From positions 8,192 to 72,191 of the forward strand of contig JAFZWG010000028.1 in NCBI GenBank assembly GCA_017617395.1: 64,000 nt of DNA, written 5' to 3'. Source of the stretch: Lachnospiraceae bacterium. Lineage in GTDB: Bacteria; Bacillota; Clostridia; Lachnospirales; Lachnospiraceae. Shown here one piece after another: positions 42,432-53,212 of the stretch (position 1 is its first letter; each line of letters starts with the position of its first letter). The position numbers and the translations under genes are program-made. Below the pieces are notes generated by a model. It saw only the letters and a list, made by a program, of their open reading frames with translations, searched no databases and was not told where the DNA came from.

Positions 42432-43802
42432 GTGATACATCAATATAAACTGGGTGGAAGAGACATCGTCTTGGATGTCGCATCGGGATCGATCCACGAG
42501 GTCGACGATGTCACCTATGACATGATCGCAATGTACCGAAAGACACCTCGCGACGAGATGTTCGAGACGCTTTTAAAGCGTTATCCGGACGTTCCCGCGG
42601 AGGAGCTTTCGTTGATTTATGAGGAGATCTCGGAGCTTGAGGAGGACGGTAAGCTCTTTGCCGAGGACACGTTCGCACCGATGGCCGGTGAGCTGAAGGC
42701 GAGAACGAGCGGTGTGGTGAAGGCGTTGTGCCTCCACGTTGCGCACACGTGCAACCTAAACTGCTCGTACTGCTTCGCAAGCCAGGGCCGCTTCCACGGC
42801 GAGCGCGCCATCATGAGCCTTGAGACCGCAAAGCGAGCAATTGATTTCCTGGTGGAAAATTCAGGAACCCGACGCAATCTCGAGGTCGACTTCTTCGGCG
42901 GCGAGCCGCTTCTCAACTGGGATGTCGTGAAGCAGACGGTTGCGTACGCAAGAAGCATCGAGAAGGAGAAGGGGAAGAATTTTCGCTTTACCCTTACGAC
43001 GAACGGCATGCTTGTCGACGATGAGGTGATCGAGTACTCAAACCGCGAGATGCACAACGTCGTCTTAAGTCTCGACGGCCGCAAGGAGGTCCACGACCGC
43101 TTCCGCAAGGACTATGCGGGCAAGGGCAGCTGGGACGTGATCGTGCCGAAGTTTCAGAAGTTTGTGGAGGCCCGCGGCGGGAAGAATTACTACATGCGCG
43201 GTACGTTCACGCATGCGAATCCCGACTTCCTCGAGGATATCAAAACGATGCTTGATCTGGGCTTTACGGAGCTCAGCATGGAGCCCGTCGTGTGTGCGCC
43301 GGGAGATCCGATGGCGCTCACGGAGGAGGACCTGCCGATCGTCTGCGAGCAATACGAAAAGCTTGCCGAGCTGATGCTTGAAAGAAGCAAGGAAGGTCGG
43401 CCGTTTACGTTCTACCACTACATGATTGACCTGGAGGACGGCCCCTGCATCTACAAGCGCATCAGCGGCTGCGGCTCGGGTACCGAGTACATGGCGGTCA
43501 CGCCGTGGGGCGATCTCTATCCGTGCCACCAGTTCGTCGGCGAGGAGGGCTTTAGGCTCGGCGACATCTGGAACGGAGTGACGAACGGGGCGGTGCAGGA
43601 GGATTTTGCGAGCTGCAACGTCTATGCGCGCGAGGAGTGCCGTGACTGCTGGGCACGCCTGTACTGCGCGGGCGGCTGTGCGGCCAATGCGTTCCACGCG
43701 ACCGGTTCGGTGCGCGGCGTGTACGACTACGGCTGCAAATTGTTCAAAAAGCGCCTCGAGTGCGCGATCATGCTGAAGATCGCGGAGCAGGACGAGGAGT
43801 AA
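42432..43802 (+). CDS. scfB: SCIFF radical SAM maturase (thioether cross-link forming, SPASM domain)
   Basis: GTG start. It has CNLNCSYC (CxxxCxxC) and C-terminal SPASM cysteines (CGSG...C..C....YCAGGC). The N-terminus MIHQYKLGGRDIVLDVASGSIHEVD is typical of this family. Confidence 0.9.
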   Translation: MIHQYKLGGRDIVLDVASGSIHEVDDVTYDMIAMYRKTPRDEMFETLLKRYPDVPAEELSLIYEEISELEEDGKLFAEDTFAPMAGELKARTSGVVKALCLHVAHTCNLNCSYCFASQGRFHGERAIMSLETAKRAIDFLVENSGTRRNLEVDFFGGEPLLNWDVVKQTVAYARSIEKEKGKNFRFTLTTNGMLVDDEVIEYSNREMHNVVLSLDGRKEVHDRFRKDYAGKGSWDVIVPKFQKFVEARGGKNYYMRGTFTHANPDFLEDIKTMLDLGFTELSMEPVVCAPGDPMALTEEDLPIVCEQYEKLAELMLERSKEGRPFTFYHYMIDLEDGPCIYKRISGCGSGTEYMAVTPWGDLYPCHQFVGEEGFRLGDIWNGVTNGAVQEDFASCNVYAREECRDCWARLYCAGGCAANAFHATGSVRGVYDYGCKLFKKRLECAIMLKIAEQDEE

Positions 43803-43918
43803 TTTTTGGAGCGTCGGCGGAAAGCATTTGCCGACAACATATGTTGAGGAGTTGACTGCGGTAAGGGGTTGCCGCAGGCAGAGAAGGTAGCCGGAACATT
43901 CCGGCGGAGGGGAGCAAA

Positions 43919-45352
43919 ATGAATACACCGATTTACGATTTCGTGCAAAACTATTGCGAGAGCAACGCGGTTCGTCTGCACATGCCCGGTCACAAGGGCG
44001 TTGCCGGACCGCTCGGTGTCGAACCTTCGGACATTACGGAGATTGAGGGCGCGGACGTGTTGTCGCGCGCCTGCGGAATTATCGCGGAGAGTGAGGCCAA
44101 TGCGGGCACGCTCTTCGGATGCCGCACTCTGTACTCGACGGAAGGCTCGTCGCTGTGTGTTCGAGCAATGGTTTTTTTGCTTAAGAAGATTGCAATCCAC
44201 AAAGGACGAGAGCCGCGCATCCTGGCAGCGCGGAACATGCACAGAAGCTTTCTGGACGCGGTGGCTGCCTTGGATGTTGCGGTTGACTGGATCATGCCGC
44301 TTGCGGGCGACCCGTACGAGCGCTGCGACATCACCGGCGAGGAGCTCGCGCAGATTCTTTCGGACTGCCGCGATGACGACCGGATGCCCACGGCAGTGTT
44401 CGTGACGAGCCCGGACTACCTCGGACACACGCTCGATATCGCGGAGCTTGCGGAGGTGTGCCACAGCCGCGGCTGCTACCTCGCGGTGGACAACGCGCAC
44501 GGCGCGTACCGCAAATTCCTCGCGGAGTCGGAGCATCCGATGGACTTTGGCGCCGACCTCTGCTGTGACTCGGCTCACAAGACGCTTCCGGTGCTGACCG
44601 GCGGCGCATATCTTCACATTTCGCGCAACACGGACCCGTTCTTCACGGAGTACGCGGGACAGGCAATGGCATTGTTCGCGACGACGAGCCCGTCCTATCT
44701 GGTGCTGCAGTCGCTCGATCTGTGCAACGCGTACCTCGAGGAGTGCGGCGCCGCATTCGAAAAGGCTGCATGCCGGACGGACCGTTTGAAGGGGGTCTTG
44801 ACCGACCTCGGATACCGCACCTGCGGCGAGGAGCGCCTGAAGATCACGCTCGCCTCCGGCAGCTGTTTTGCGGACGGCCGTTTCCTGGCCACGCGGCTTC
44901 GCGAGCGCGGCATCTACGTAGAGTATGCGGACGATAACCACGTTGTGATGATGGTTTCGGTGAACACGTCGGAGGACGATTTCAATGCGGTTGAGAAGGC
45001 TCTTCGCGAGCTTGCGGACCCGAGTGTGAAGGCAGACGAATCGGAAAATGAGGATGCCGGTGCGTTTGCGGTTGCCGGCGACGCCGATGTCTCCGATGCA
45101 GCGAAGGGGCGTTCTTCGGAGCGCATTCCCGCACCCGGTTTCGTGCTGACTCCGGCGGAGGCAATCCTTGCCGAGAGCGAGTATGTCGACGCGGCGCAGT
45201 GCATCGGCCGTGTTCTGGCGGAGCCGATCGTGAGCATGCCGCCGTGCGTGCCGCTTTACATGTGCGGCGAGGTTTTGGGAGAAAACGCGGTGCGCTTCAT
45301 CGAAGGGCGCGTGCGCGTTGTGAAGGAGCCGGTTCGCCGGACGCATCGATAG
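43919..45352 (+). CDS. PLP-dependent Orn/Lys/Arg decarboxylase family protein
   Basis: LHMPGHKG near the N-terminus and the PLP-lysine motif DSAHKTLP. 477 aa. Confidence 0.8.
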   Translation: MNTPIYDFVQNYCESNAVRLHMPGHKGVAGPLGVEPSDITEIEGADVLSRACGIIAESEANAGTLFGCRTLYSTEGSSLCVRAMVFLLKKIAIHKGREPRILAARNMHRSFLDAVAALDVAVDWIMPLAGDPYERCDITGEELAQILSDCRDDDRMPTAVFVTSPDYLGHTLDIAELAEVCHSRGCYLAVDNAHGAYRKFLAESEHPMDFGADLCCDSAHKTLPVLTGGAYLHISRNTDPFFTEYAGQAMALFATTSPSYLVLQSLDLCNAYLEECGAAFEKAACRTDRLKGVLTDLGYRTCGEERLKITLASGSCFADGRFLATRLRERGIYVEYADDNHVVMMVSVNTSEDDFNAVEKALRELADPSVKADESENEDAGAFAVAGDADVSDAAKGRSSERIPAPGFVLTPAEAILAESEYVDAAQCIGRVLAEPIVSMPPCVPLYMCGEVLGENAVRFIEGRVRVVKEPVRRTHR

Positions 45353-45409
45353 GAGAGTGACCGGCCCGGCTGGTTTTAGAGAGAGAAGAGATTGGGAAGG
45401 AGTCGTCGA

Positions 45410-46453
45410 ATGCAATACAGACTCACGAAGGAAAAAGCAAAACTGCTCGGACGCACCCACACGATCGACGGGACGCTCTGGCTCAGCCTTTCCGCGTCCG
45501 GTGCGGAGTGGAAATTCACGGGAACATTCTGCAAAGTGACGTTCACAGGCGATGCGATGGCTGTAGATGAGATCCACAGTCCGCGGTTTGCCGTGGAGGT
45601 GGATGGCAAAAGAATTATGGATACTACTCTTGTAGAATGTAATAACTTCGCGTGCGGCTTCTCCGGTGCCCCGGCAGAGCATGTGGTCCGGGTTTTGAAG
45701 CTCTCCGAGAGCGCGGACTCGACACTCGGAATCGTGAGTGTCGAATGCGACGGTGTTCCGGAGCCGACACCCGCTGCGAAGCTCGCCATCGAGTTCGTCG
45801 GCGATTCCATCACGTGCGGCTACGGAGTGGACGGAACGATCAACGACATCTACAAGACGACCAACGAGGATGCGACCAAAGGGTATGCCTACCGCGCGGC
45901 GCAGCTGCTTTCGGCGGACTACAGTCTGGTGTCCTTCAGCGGCTACGGCATCATCTCGGGCTACACGGAGACCGGACGCATCCGTCCGGAGTGTGTCGTG
46001 CCGCCGATCTACGGGACGATGGGTGACTCGTACGGGGCATTTGCCGGCAGGGAGAAGCCGTCGGAGGTCGCATGGGATTTTTCGAAGTTTACGCCGGATA
46101 TCGTGGTGATCAACCTGGGGACGAACGACGCGAGCTATTGCGGCGAGGATCCGGGGAGAGCGCGCGAATATATTAGCGCTTACAAGGTTTTCCTGTCGAC
46201 GGTTCGGGCGTGCAATCCGCAGGCGTACCTCGTGTGCGCGCTCGGCACGATGGATACGCGCCTGTGCGGCGCGATGGAGACGGCCGCGGAGGAGTTTAAG
46301 GAGGAGACACGCGATGCGCGCGTGGCGACAGTGCGGCTGACGCTTCAGGACATGGAGCGCGACGGCGTGGTTGTCGACTGGCATCCGAGCGCAGTGACGC
46401 ACCAAAAGGCCGCGGAGGAGATCGCCGCATTTTTGCGGGGCCTGACGCTTTGA
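45410..46453 (+). CDS. SGNH hydrolase with an N-terminal beta-sandwich (CE2-like acetyl esterase)
   Basis: ATG at 45410 after SD GGAAGGAG. It has FVGDSITCGYG (block I Ser), INLGTND and DWHPS (Asp-x-His). No signal peptide. Confidence 0.75.
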   Translation: MQYRLTKEKAKLLGRTHTIDGTLWLSLSASGAEWKFTGTFCKVTFTGDAMAVDEIHSPRFAVEVDGKRIMDTTLVECNNFACGFSGAPAEHVVRVLKLSESADSTLGIVSVECDGVPEPTPAAKLAIEFVGDSITCGYGVDGTINDIYKTTNEDATKGYAYRAAQLLSADYSLVSFSGYGIISGYTETGRIRPECVVPPIYGTMGDSYGAFAGREKPSEVAWDFSKFTPDIVVINLGTNDASYCGEDPGRAREYISAYKVFLSTVRACNPQAYLVCALGTMDTRLCGAMETAAEEFKEETRDARVATVRLTLQDMERDGVVVDWHPSAVTHQKAAEEIAAFLRGLTL

Positions 46454-46518
46454 TCGATGCGGGCGGAAGATGAGATTACCAGTGCATTTTGCGCTGTAAA
46501 ATGAGAGGAGAAAAACGA

Positions 46519-47205
46519 ATGGAGATTCAGGATTTGCTCAACAAGGTGGACCACACGCTGCTGGCGACGACGGCGACGTGGGAGGAGATTCGCGCGATCT
46601 GTGACGACGGCATCCGCTTTCACACGGCGAGCGTGTGCATCCCGCCGTGCTTTGTGCAGAAGGCAGCGAAGTATGTGAAGGGCAAGGTTTGTGTGTGCAC
46701 CGTAATCGGTTTCCCGAACGGCTACCAGACGTCGACCGTCAAATGCGCCGAGGCCGCGGATGCGGTTCGAAACGGTGCGGACGAGATTGATATGGTGATC
46801 AACCTCGGCATGGTCAAGGAAGGCCGCTACGACGACATTCTGGCAGAGATCAACGCGGTCAAGAAGTCGTGCGCGGGCAAGCTTTTGAAGGTCATCATCG
46901 AGACATGCAAGCTGACCGAGGTTGAGAAGATTGCGATGTGCGACGTGGTCGCGCGTTCGGACGCGGACTACATCAAGACGTCGACGGGATTTGCCGGGGG
47001 CGGCGCGACGTTCCACGATGTGGAGCTCATGGCGCTTCACTGCAAGGGCAAGAAGGTCAAGGCGGCCGGCGGGATCCGCTCCATCGAGGATGCGGAGAAG
47101 TTTCTGGAGCTCGGCGCTTCGCGCCTCGGAACGAGCCGCGTCGTGAGCGAGGTCAAATCCATGCTCAACGTCAACAAGCATTCCGACTTAAGCTTCTTCT
47201 CCTGA
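46519..47205 (+). CDS. deoC: deoxyribose-phosphate aldolase
   Basis: VDHTLL, DMVINLG, KVIIE and IKTSTGF (Schiff-base Lys). ATG at 46519 after SD GAGAGGAG. Confidence 0.9.
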   Translation: MEIQDLLNKVDHTLLATTATWEEIRAICDDGIRFHTASVCIPPCFVQKAAKYVKGKVCVCTVIGFPNGYQTSTVKCAEAADAVRNGADEIDMVINLGMVKEGRYDDILAEINAVKKSCAGKLLKVIIETCKLTEVEKIAMCDVVARSDADYIKTSTGFAGGGATFHDVELMALHCKGKKVKAAGGIRSIEDAEKFLELGASRLGTSRVVSEVKSMLNVNKHSDLSFFS

Positions 47206-47265
47206 TGCGGGAGAGCAGCAGAGTTTTGAATCGTTAAGAAAACCGGACAAAAGGAGGTATTTACG

Positions 47266-48009
47266 ATGGGAAAGAATTATCCGACACCGCACATCGCGTG
47301 CGAGCCGAAGGATTTTGCGAAGACGGTTCTGATGCCGGGCGATCCGCTCCGGGCGAAGTTTATCGCCGAAACGTTTCTTAAAGATGCGGTTTTGGTGAAC
47401 AACGTGCGCGGCATTCAGGGTTACACGGGCACGTACGACGGCGTCCGCGTGAGCGTGATGGCGAGCGGCATGGGCATTCCGTCCATCGGAATCTACAGCT
47501 ACGAGCTTTATAATTTCTTCGGCGTGGAGAACATCATCCGCATCGGTTCCGCAGGTGCGTACAGCCCCAAGGTAAAGGTGCGCGACATCGTGATCGCACA
47601 GGGCGCATGCTATGACAGCAACTATGTCGGGCAGTTCAACCTGCCGGGTACATTTTCCGCAATCAGCGACTATACGCTGCTTTCTACTGCAGTAGAATCG
47701 GCGAAGGAATTAAACCTCAACTACCATGTCGGCAACATCGTCTCGAGCGACCGCTTCTACGGTGACCCGGCGGCGTTTACGGACGCCGAGCAGCCGCTCG
47801 CGGCCTGGGGGAAAATGGGTGTCCTCGCGGTCGAGATGGAGGCCGCAGGCCTCTTCATGAACGCGGCCCGCGCCGGCAAGCGCGCCCTCGCAATCTGCAC
47901 GATCTCCGACCACCTTGTGACGGGCGAGAACCTTCCCGCCGAGGCGCGCCAGACCTCCTTCACGGAGATGATGGAGCTCGCGCTTTCCGTCGCTAAGAAA
48001 ATGGATTGA
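47266..48009 (+). CDS. deoD: purine nucleoside phosphorylase, DeoD type
   Basis: TPHI......A..VLMPGDPLRAKFIAE, SGMGIPS and LAVEMEAA. Confidence 0.9.
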   Translation: MGKNYPTPHIACEPKDFAKTVLMPGDPLRAKFIAETFLKDAVLVNNVRGIQGYTGTYDGVRVSVMASGMGIPSIGIYSYELYNFFGVENIIRIGSAGAYSPKVKVRDIVIAQGACYDSNYVGQFNLPGTFSAISDYTLLSTAVESAKELNLNYHVGNIVSSDRFYGDPAAFTDAEQPLAAWGKMGVLAVEMEAAGLFMNAARAGKRALAICTISDHLVTGENLPAEARQTSFTEMMELALSVAKKMD

Positions 48010-48074
48010 CAAGATGACCGGGGGCCGGTCCCCTTGTCATGCTTGCACAAAAACAGAAGTGGAATTTATACATT

Positions 48075-48121
48075 TTCGCGCCCGTTAGCCGATTGACTTT
48101 CGGGCGCGAAATTGGTATCAT
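48075..48121 (+). promoter_or_regulatory. trpS promoter (TTGACT-17nt-TGgTATCAT) embedded in a 10-bp perfect inverted repeat
   Basis: The -35 lies at 48093-48098 and an extended -10 at 48113-48121. The inverted repeat TTCGCGCCCG (48075-84) / CGGGCGCGAA (48101-10) brackets the -35. Confidence 0.5.
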
Positions 48122-48128
48122 AATTTAG

Positions 48129-49244
<1,116 letters not shown>

Positions 49245-49270
49245 GAAACAGTTCCCGACGGAGGTGCCTT

Positions 49271-50530
49271 TTGAAACACGAAAGCGCTTACTATCTGAGC
49301 AACGAGACCGAGATCAACAACATTCTGATCCGGTGCGCGATGGTGCTTTTGTTCGTCGGACCGCTTGTGGCTCTTTTGAAAGCGGTCGGGCTGAACAATG
49401 AGTTCTCCTACCTGGAGAGCGTCATTTTCACCGGCATCGTGTTCATCCTGTACATTTTGTGCCGGGTGGTGCAGCGCTCCATGCGCGCGCAGTGGCTCAT
49501 CAAATACGTGCTGATCCTCGGCATGCATACAGGCATCTGCTACATGGCGACGAAAGAGGGCATTTTGCTCTACATCAGCTACGCGCTGATGCCGGCGCTG
49601 TCGTGCCTGTATTACCGCAGACGGTTCACGCTGCACATCACGGCGATGTGTTACGCCATCATGATGGCATCGCTGTTTCTGAGGGCGCACAACGAAGTTT
49701 CTGAGGCATATGATTTCCTGACGGAGCGCGAGTGGATCAGCGTGTTCGGCTTCAGCCTGACGTGGGAGTACATCCTGCTCACGATCGTGTTGATCGCGTT
49801 GGTCGGCAAGACCGAGTCGAGTCTTGACCTGCTCCACAAGAACAACCTGCAGATGAAGGACATGCAGTCGCAGCTGATCACCGGTTTCGCGAACTTCCTC
49901 GAGTTCCGCGACGAGGACACCGGCCATCACGTGCGCCGCACGCAGGCCTATGTGAAAATGATCGCCATGGGCATGTACAATCACGGATATTACCAGTCGG
50001 AGCTGTCCGCCCGCTCCATCGCCTATATGGAGACGGCGGCGCCGCTTCACGACGTCGGCAAGATTGCCATACGTGACTCGATTCTCCTCAAGGAGGGGGA
50101 ACTTACGGAGAACGAGTACGAGATCATCAAAAACCATACCAAGGAGGGCTACCGTCTGGTGACGGAGAACCTCTCCGGACTGACCGACAAGCGGCTTCTA
50201 AAGTGTGCGCAGGAGATTACCTTAAGCCACCACGAGCGCTGGGACGGCACCGGCTATCCGAACGGTCTCAAGGGAACCGCAATCCCGCTGTCCGCGAGAA
50301 TTATGGCCATCGCGGACACGCTCGATGCGATGCTCTCGGAGCGTGTTTACAAAAAGAGCATGGACCTCGACGAGGTTTTGCATGAGCTGTATCTGGAGCG
50401 GGGACGGCATTTTGAGCCGTGCATCGTCGATACCGTGATCCAGCTTCGGTCGGAGATTGAGGAGTTCCTCCTCGAGGACCAGAGCAAATACGGCGACGCA
50501 GTCGATTCCCGCGAAAACGGAATGAAATAA
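49271..50530 (+). CDS. HD-GYP domain protein with an N-terminal multi-TM domain
   Basis: TTG start after SD GGAGG. About six hydrophobic helices are followed by HDVGK and HHERWDGTGYP motifs. Confidence 0.85.
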   Translation: MKHESAYYLSNETEINNILIRCAMVLLFVGPLVALLKAVGLNNEFSYLESVIFTGIVFILYILCRVVQRSMRAQWLIKYVLILGMHTGICYMATKEGILLYISYALMPALSCLYYRRRFTLHITAMCYAIMMASLFLRAHNEVSEAYDFLTEREWISVFGFSLTWEYILLTIVLIALVGKTESSLDLLHKNNLQMKDMQSQLITGFANFLEFRDEDTGHHVRRTQAYVKMIAMGMYNHGYYQSELSARSIAYMETAAPLHDVGKIAIRDSILLKEGELTENEYEIIKNHTKEGYRLVTENLSGLTDKRLLKCAQEITLSHHERWDGTGYPNGLKGTAIPLSARIMAIADTLDAMLSERVYKKSMDLDEVLHELYLERGRHFEPCIVDTVIQLRSEIEEFLLEDQSKYGDAVDSRENGMK

Positions 50531-50570
50531 CAACGCAACAAAGGTGATTCGGTAAGGGAGGCTTTGGAAA

Positions 50571-52055
50571 ATGAAGCGGTATGGATTTGACAACGACAAA
50601 TACCTGGAGATGCAGTCCACGAGAATCAAGGAGCGCATCGGACAATTCGGCGGCAAGCTCTATCTGGAGTTCGGCGGCAAGCTGTTCGACGATTTTCATG
50701 CGTCCCGCGTACTGCCGGGGTTCCATCCGGACAGTAAGATCCGGATGCTCGCACAGATCAAGGACGACGCGGAGATCGTGATTGCGATCAACGCCAACGA
50801 CATCGTCAACAACAAGGTGCGCGCGGACCTCAGTATCACCTACGATCTCGACGTGCTTCGTCTGATCGACGCGTTCCGCGGCTACGGAATGTATGTCGGC
50901 AGCGTCGTGCTCACGCAGTTCGTGGAGCAGAGCGTCGTGCTTGCGTACAAGAAGAAACTCGAGGGCCTTGGCCTCAAGGTGTACCGCCATTACAAGATCG
51001 ACGGCTATCCGACCAACGTTTCCAAGATCGTAAGCGAAGACGGCCTCGGCCGCAACGAATATATCGAGACCACGAGACCGCTCGTCGTCGTGACGGCGCC
51101 CGGTCCAGGCAGCGGCAAGATGGCAACGTGCCTCTCGCAGCTGTACCATGAGAACATCCGCGGCGTGCGCGCCGGATATGCGAAGTTCGAGACGTTCCCG
51201 ATCTGGAACCTCCCGCTGACGCATCCGGTCAACCTCGCATACGAGGCTGCGACGGCGGACCTGAATGATGTGAATATGATCGACCCGTTCCACCTGGAGG
51301 CATATGGTGTGACGACGGTCAACTATAACCGTGACGTGGAGATCTTCCCCGTGCTGAACGCGATGTTCGAGCGCATCTACGGCAAGTCCCCGTACAAGTC
51401 GCCGACCGACATGGGCGTCAATATGGCGGGCTACTGCATTGTGGATGACGAGGCAACGCGCGCGGCATCCCGCGACGAGATCATCCGCCGCTACTATGCG
51501 ACCATGTGCGACCGCCGTAAGGCGAGAGCCACGGCGGAGGCCGAGGGCAAGATCGAACTGTTGATGGAAAAGGCGGGAATCAGCCCGTCCGATCGTGCCG
51601 TAGTCGATGCGGCGAAGCGCAAGTCGGAGGAGACCGGCGGCGCACCGGCCGTGGCGATCGAGTTGAATGACGGCACCGTGATCACCGGTAAGACCTCGAA
51701 CCTTCTGGGTGCATCTTCGGCGGCACTTCTGAACGCGCTGAAGACGCTCGCGGGCATCGATGATGCGAAGGAGCTGTTGTCCCCGACGTTGATCGAGCCG
51801 ATCCAGGACCTCAAGATCAATCACCTCGGAAACCGCAACCCGAGACTGCACACGGACGAGGTATTGATCGCACTGTCCGTCTGCGCTACGTCGGACAACA
51901 ACGCGGAGCTTGCGATGCAGCAACTTGAGAACCTTCGCGACTGCGAGGTTCACAGCACCGTAATCCTCTCGGCAGTCGACGAGGGCGTGTTCCGCAAACT
52001 CGGAATGCATCTTACGAGCGAGCCCGTATACGAGACCAAGAAGCTGTACCATTGA
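50571..52055 (+). CDS. DUF1846 (UPF0371) family protein
   Basis: 494-aa ORF. The N-terminus [40 protein letters not shown] is characteristic of this family. Confidence 0.8.
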   Translation: MKRYGFDNDKYLEMQSTRIKERIGQFGGKLYLEFGGKLFDDFHASRVLPGFHPDSKIRMLAQIKDDAEIVIAINANDIVNNKVRADLSITYDLDVLRLIDAFRGYGMYVGSVVLTQFVEQSVVLAYKKKLEGLGLKVYRHYKIDGYPTNVSKIVSEDGLGRNEYIETTRPLVVVTAPGPGSGKMATCLSQLYHENIRGVRAGYAKFETFPIWNLPLTHPVNLAYEAATADLNDVNMIDPFHLEAYGVTTVNYNRDVEIFPVLNAMFERIYGKSPYKSPTDMGVNMAGYCIVDDEATRAASRDEIIRRYYATMCDRRKARATAEAEGKIELLMEKAGISPSDRAVVDAAKRKSEETGGAPAVAIELNDGTVITGKTSNLLGASSAALLNALKTLAGIDDAKELLSPTLIEPIQDLKINHLGNRNPRLHTDEVLIALSVCATSDNNAELAMQQLENLRDCEVHSTVILSAVDEGVFRKLGMHLTSEPVYETKKLYH

Positions 52056-52097
52056 CATAAGACGCGCCGTTGCGGCGCGGAAAGCAAGGTGAATACG

Positions 52098-53108
52098 ATG
52101 GAGAAATGTTTTATCCCCGAGGGCTATCAGGCAGCCCTCTCAACCCGCGAGACACAGATCGCAATCAAGAAGGTCAAGGACTTCTTTCAGAGGGAGCTTG
52201 CGACGCAGCTTAATCTGCACCGCGTGACGGCACCGTTGTTCGTGACGCCGGAGTCCGGCCTCAACGATAACCTCAACGGCGTGGAGCGCCCGGTTGTGTT
52301 CGGTGTCAAGGAGAACGGCGACAGCCCGGTGGAGATCGTGCATTCGCTCGCCAAATGGAAGCGCATGGCGCTCGCGCGTTACGGCTTCCGCGCCGGCGAA
52401 GGTCTGTACACCGACATGAACGCCATTCGCAGGGATGAGGATACCGACAACATCCACTCGATCTTCGTCGATCAGTGGGACTGGGAGAAAGTGATCACGA
52501 AGGAGCAGCGCACCGTCGAGACACTCAAAAAGACCGTCAAGGACGTGTACGAGGCGCTTCGCGTGACTGAGAAATACATCGCCAACCAGTACGATTACGT
52601 ACAGTGTATTCTCCCCGAGGAGATCACGTTCATCACCTCGCAGGAGCTTCTTGACCGTTACCCGGACAAGAACGTGAAGGAGAGAGAGTACCTTGCGGCG
52701 AAGGAGTACGGTGCGGTTTTCATCATGAAGATCGGCGACCTGCTCACGAACGGCGAGAAGCACGACGGACGTGCGCCGGACTACGATGACTGGGAACTCA
52801 ACGGTGATATCATGGTTTACTATCCGGTGGACGACATTGCTCTTGAGCTGTCCTCGATGGGCATCCGTGTCGATGAGGTGTCCCTGGTGAGCCAGCTTGC
52901 GAAGGCCGGCTGCCCGGAGCGCGCGGAGCTTGATTTCCACAAGGCACTTCTGGAGGGTAAGCTTCCGTACACGGTCGGCGGCGGAATCGGCCAGTCGCGC
53001 ATCTGCATGTTCTTCCTGCGCAAGGCGCACATCGGCGAGGTTCAGGTGTCCGTATGGCCGAAGGAGGCAGTGGAGTACGCGGCATCGCGCGGCGTGACGC
53101 TGTTGTAG
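52098..53108 (+). CDS. asnA: aspartate--ammonia ligase
   Basis: A class II aaRS-like AsnA pattern (ETQ.AI..VKD.F...L...[16 protein letters not shown]). The start is either ATG at 52098 or GTG at 52089. Confidence 0.9.
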   Translation: MEKCFIPEGYQAALSTRETQIAIKKVKDFFQRELATQLNLHRVTAPLFVTPESGLNDNLNGVERPVVFGVKENGDSPVEIVHSLAKWKRMALARYGFRAGEGLYTDMNAIRRDEDTDNIHSIFVDQWDWEKVITKEQRTVETLKKTVKDVYEALRVTEKYIANQYDYVQCILPEEITFITSQELLDRYPDKNVKEREYLAAKEYGAVFIMKIGDLLTNGEKHDGRAPDYDDWELNGDIMVYYPVDDIALELSSMGIRVDEVSLVSQLAKAGCPERAELDFHKALLEGKLPYTVGGGIGQSRICMFFLRKAHIGEVQVSVWPKEAVEYAASRGVTLL

Positions 53109-53146
53109 GAGCCTTTTCCAAAAAAGAAATCAAAACGATCAAAACC

Positions 53147-53180
53147 GCAACGGGGTTGCCCAGGCAGCCTCGTTGCTTTG
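53147..53180 (+). terminator. GC-rich hairpin followed by TTTGTT after asnA
   Basis: GCAACGG...CGTTGC outer stem with a near-palindromic interior, then TTTGTT. Confidence 0.5.
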
Positions 53181-53212
53181 TTACGAAAGCGTACGTTTGC
53201 AGGGAGACTTGG

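Noticed and set aside
43727-46405. An 892-aa ORF on the minus strand spanning two plus-strand genes.
   Set aside because: It is antisense to the PLP decarboxylase and the CE2-like esterase, both of which carry recognisable motifs. The translation is Arg/His/Ala-rich and low in complexity, with no start context. This is the stop-codon-poor antisense frame typical of GC-rich DNA.
50301-52058. A 585-aa minus-strand ORF.
   Set aside because: It is antisense to the DUF1846 gene and the end of the HD-GYP gene. It is Arg/His-rich and has no motifs, so it is an artefact.
53054-53212. An N-terminal extension of the azlC ORF. A similar extension occurs at 53996-54313 for the SGNH lipoprotein ORF.
   Set aside because: The extensions overlap the asnA end and terminator in one case and azlD in the other. 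Internal starts at 53213 and 54314 have an SD and give the expected N-termini (polytopic AzlC, and a lipoprotein signal peptide).
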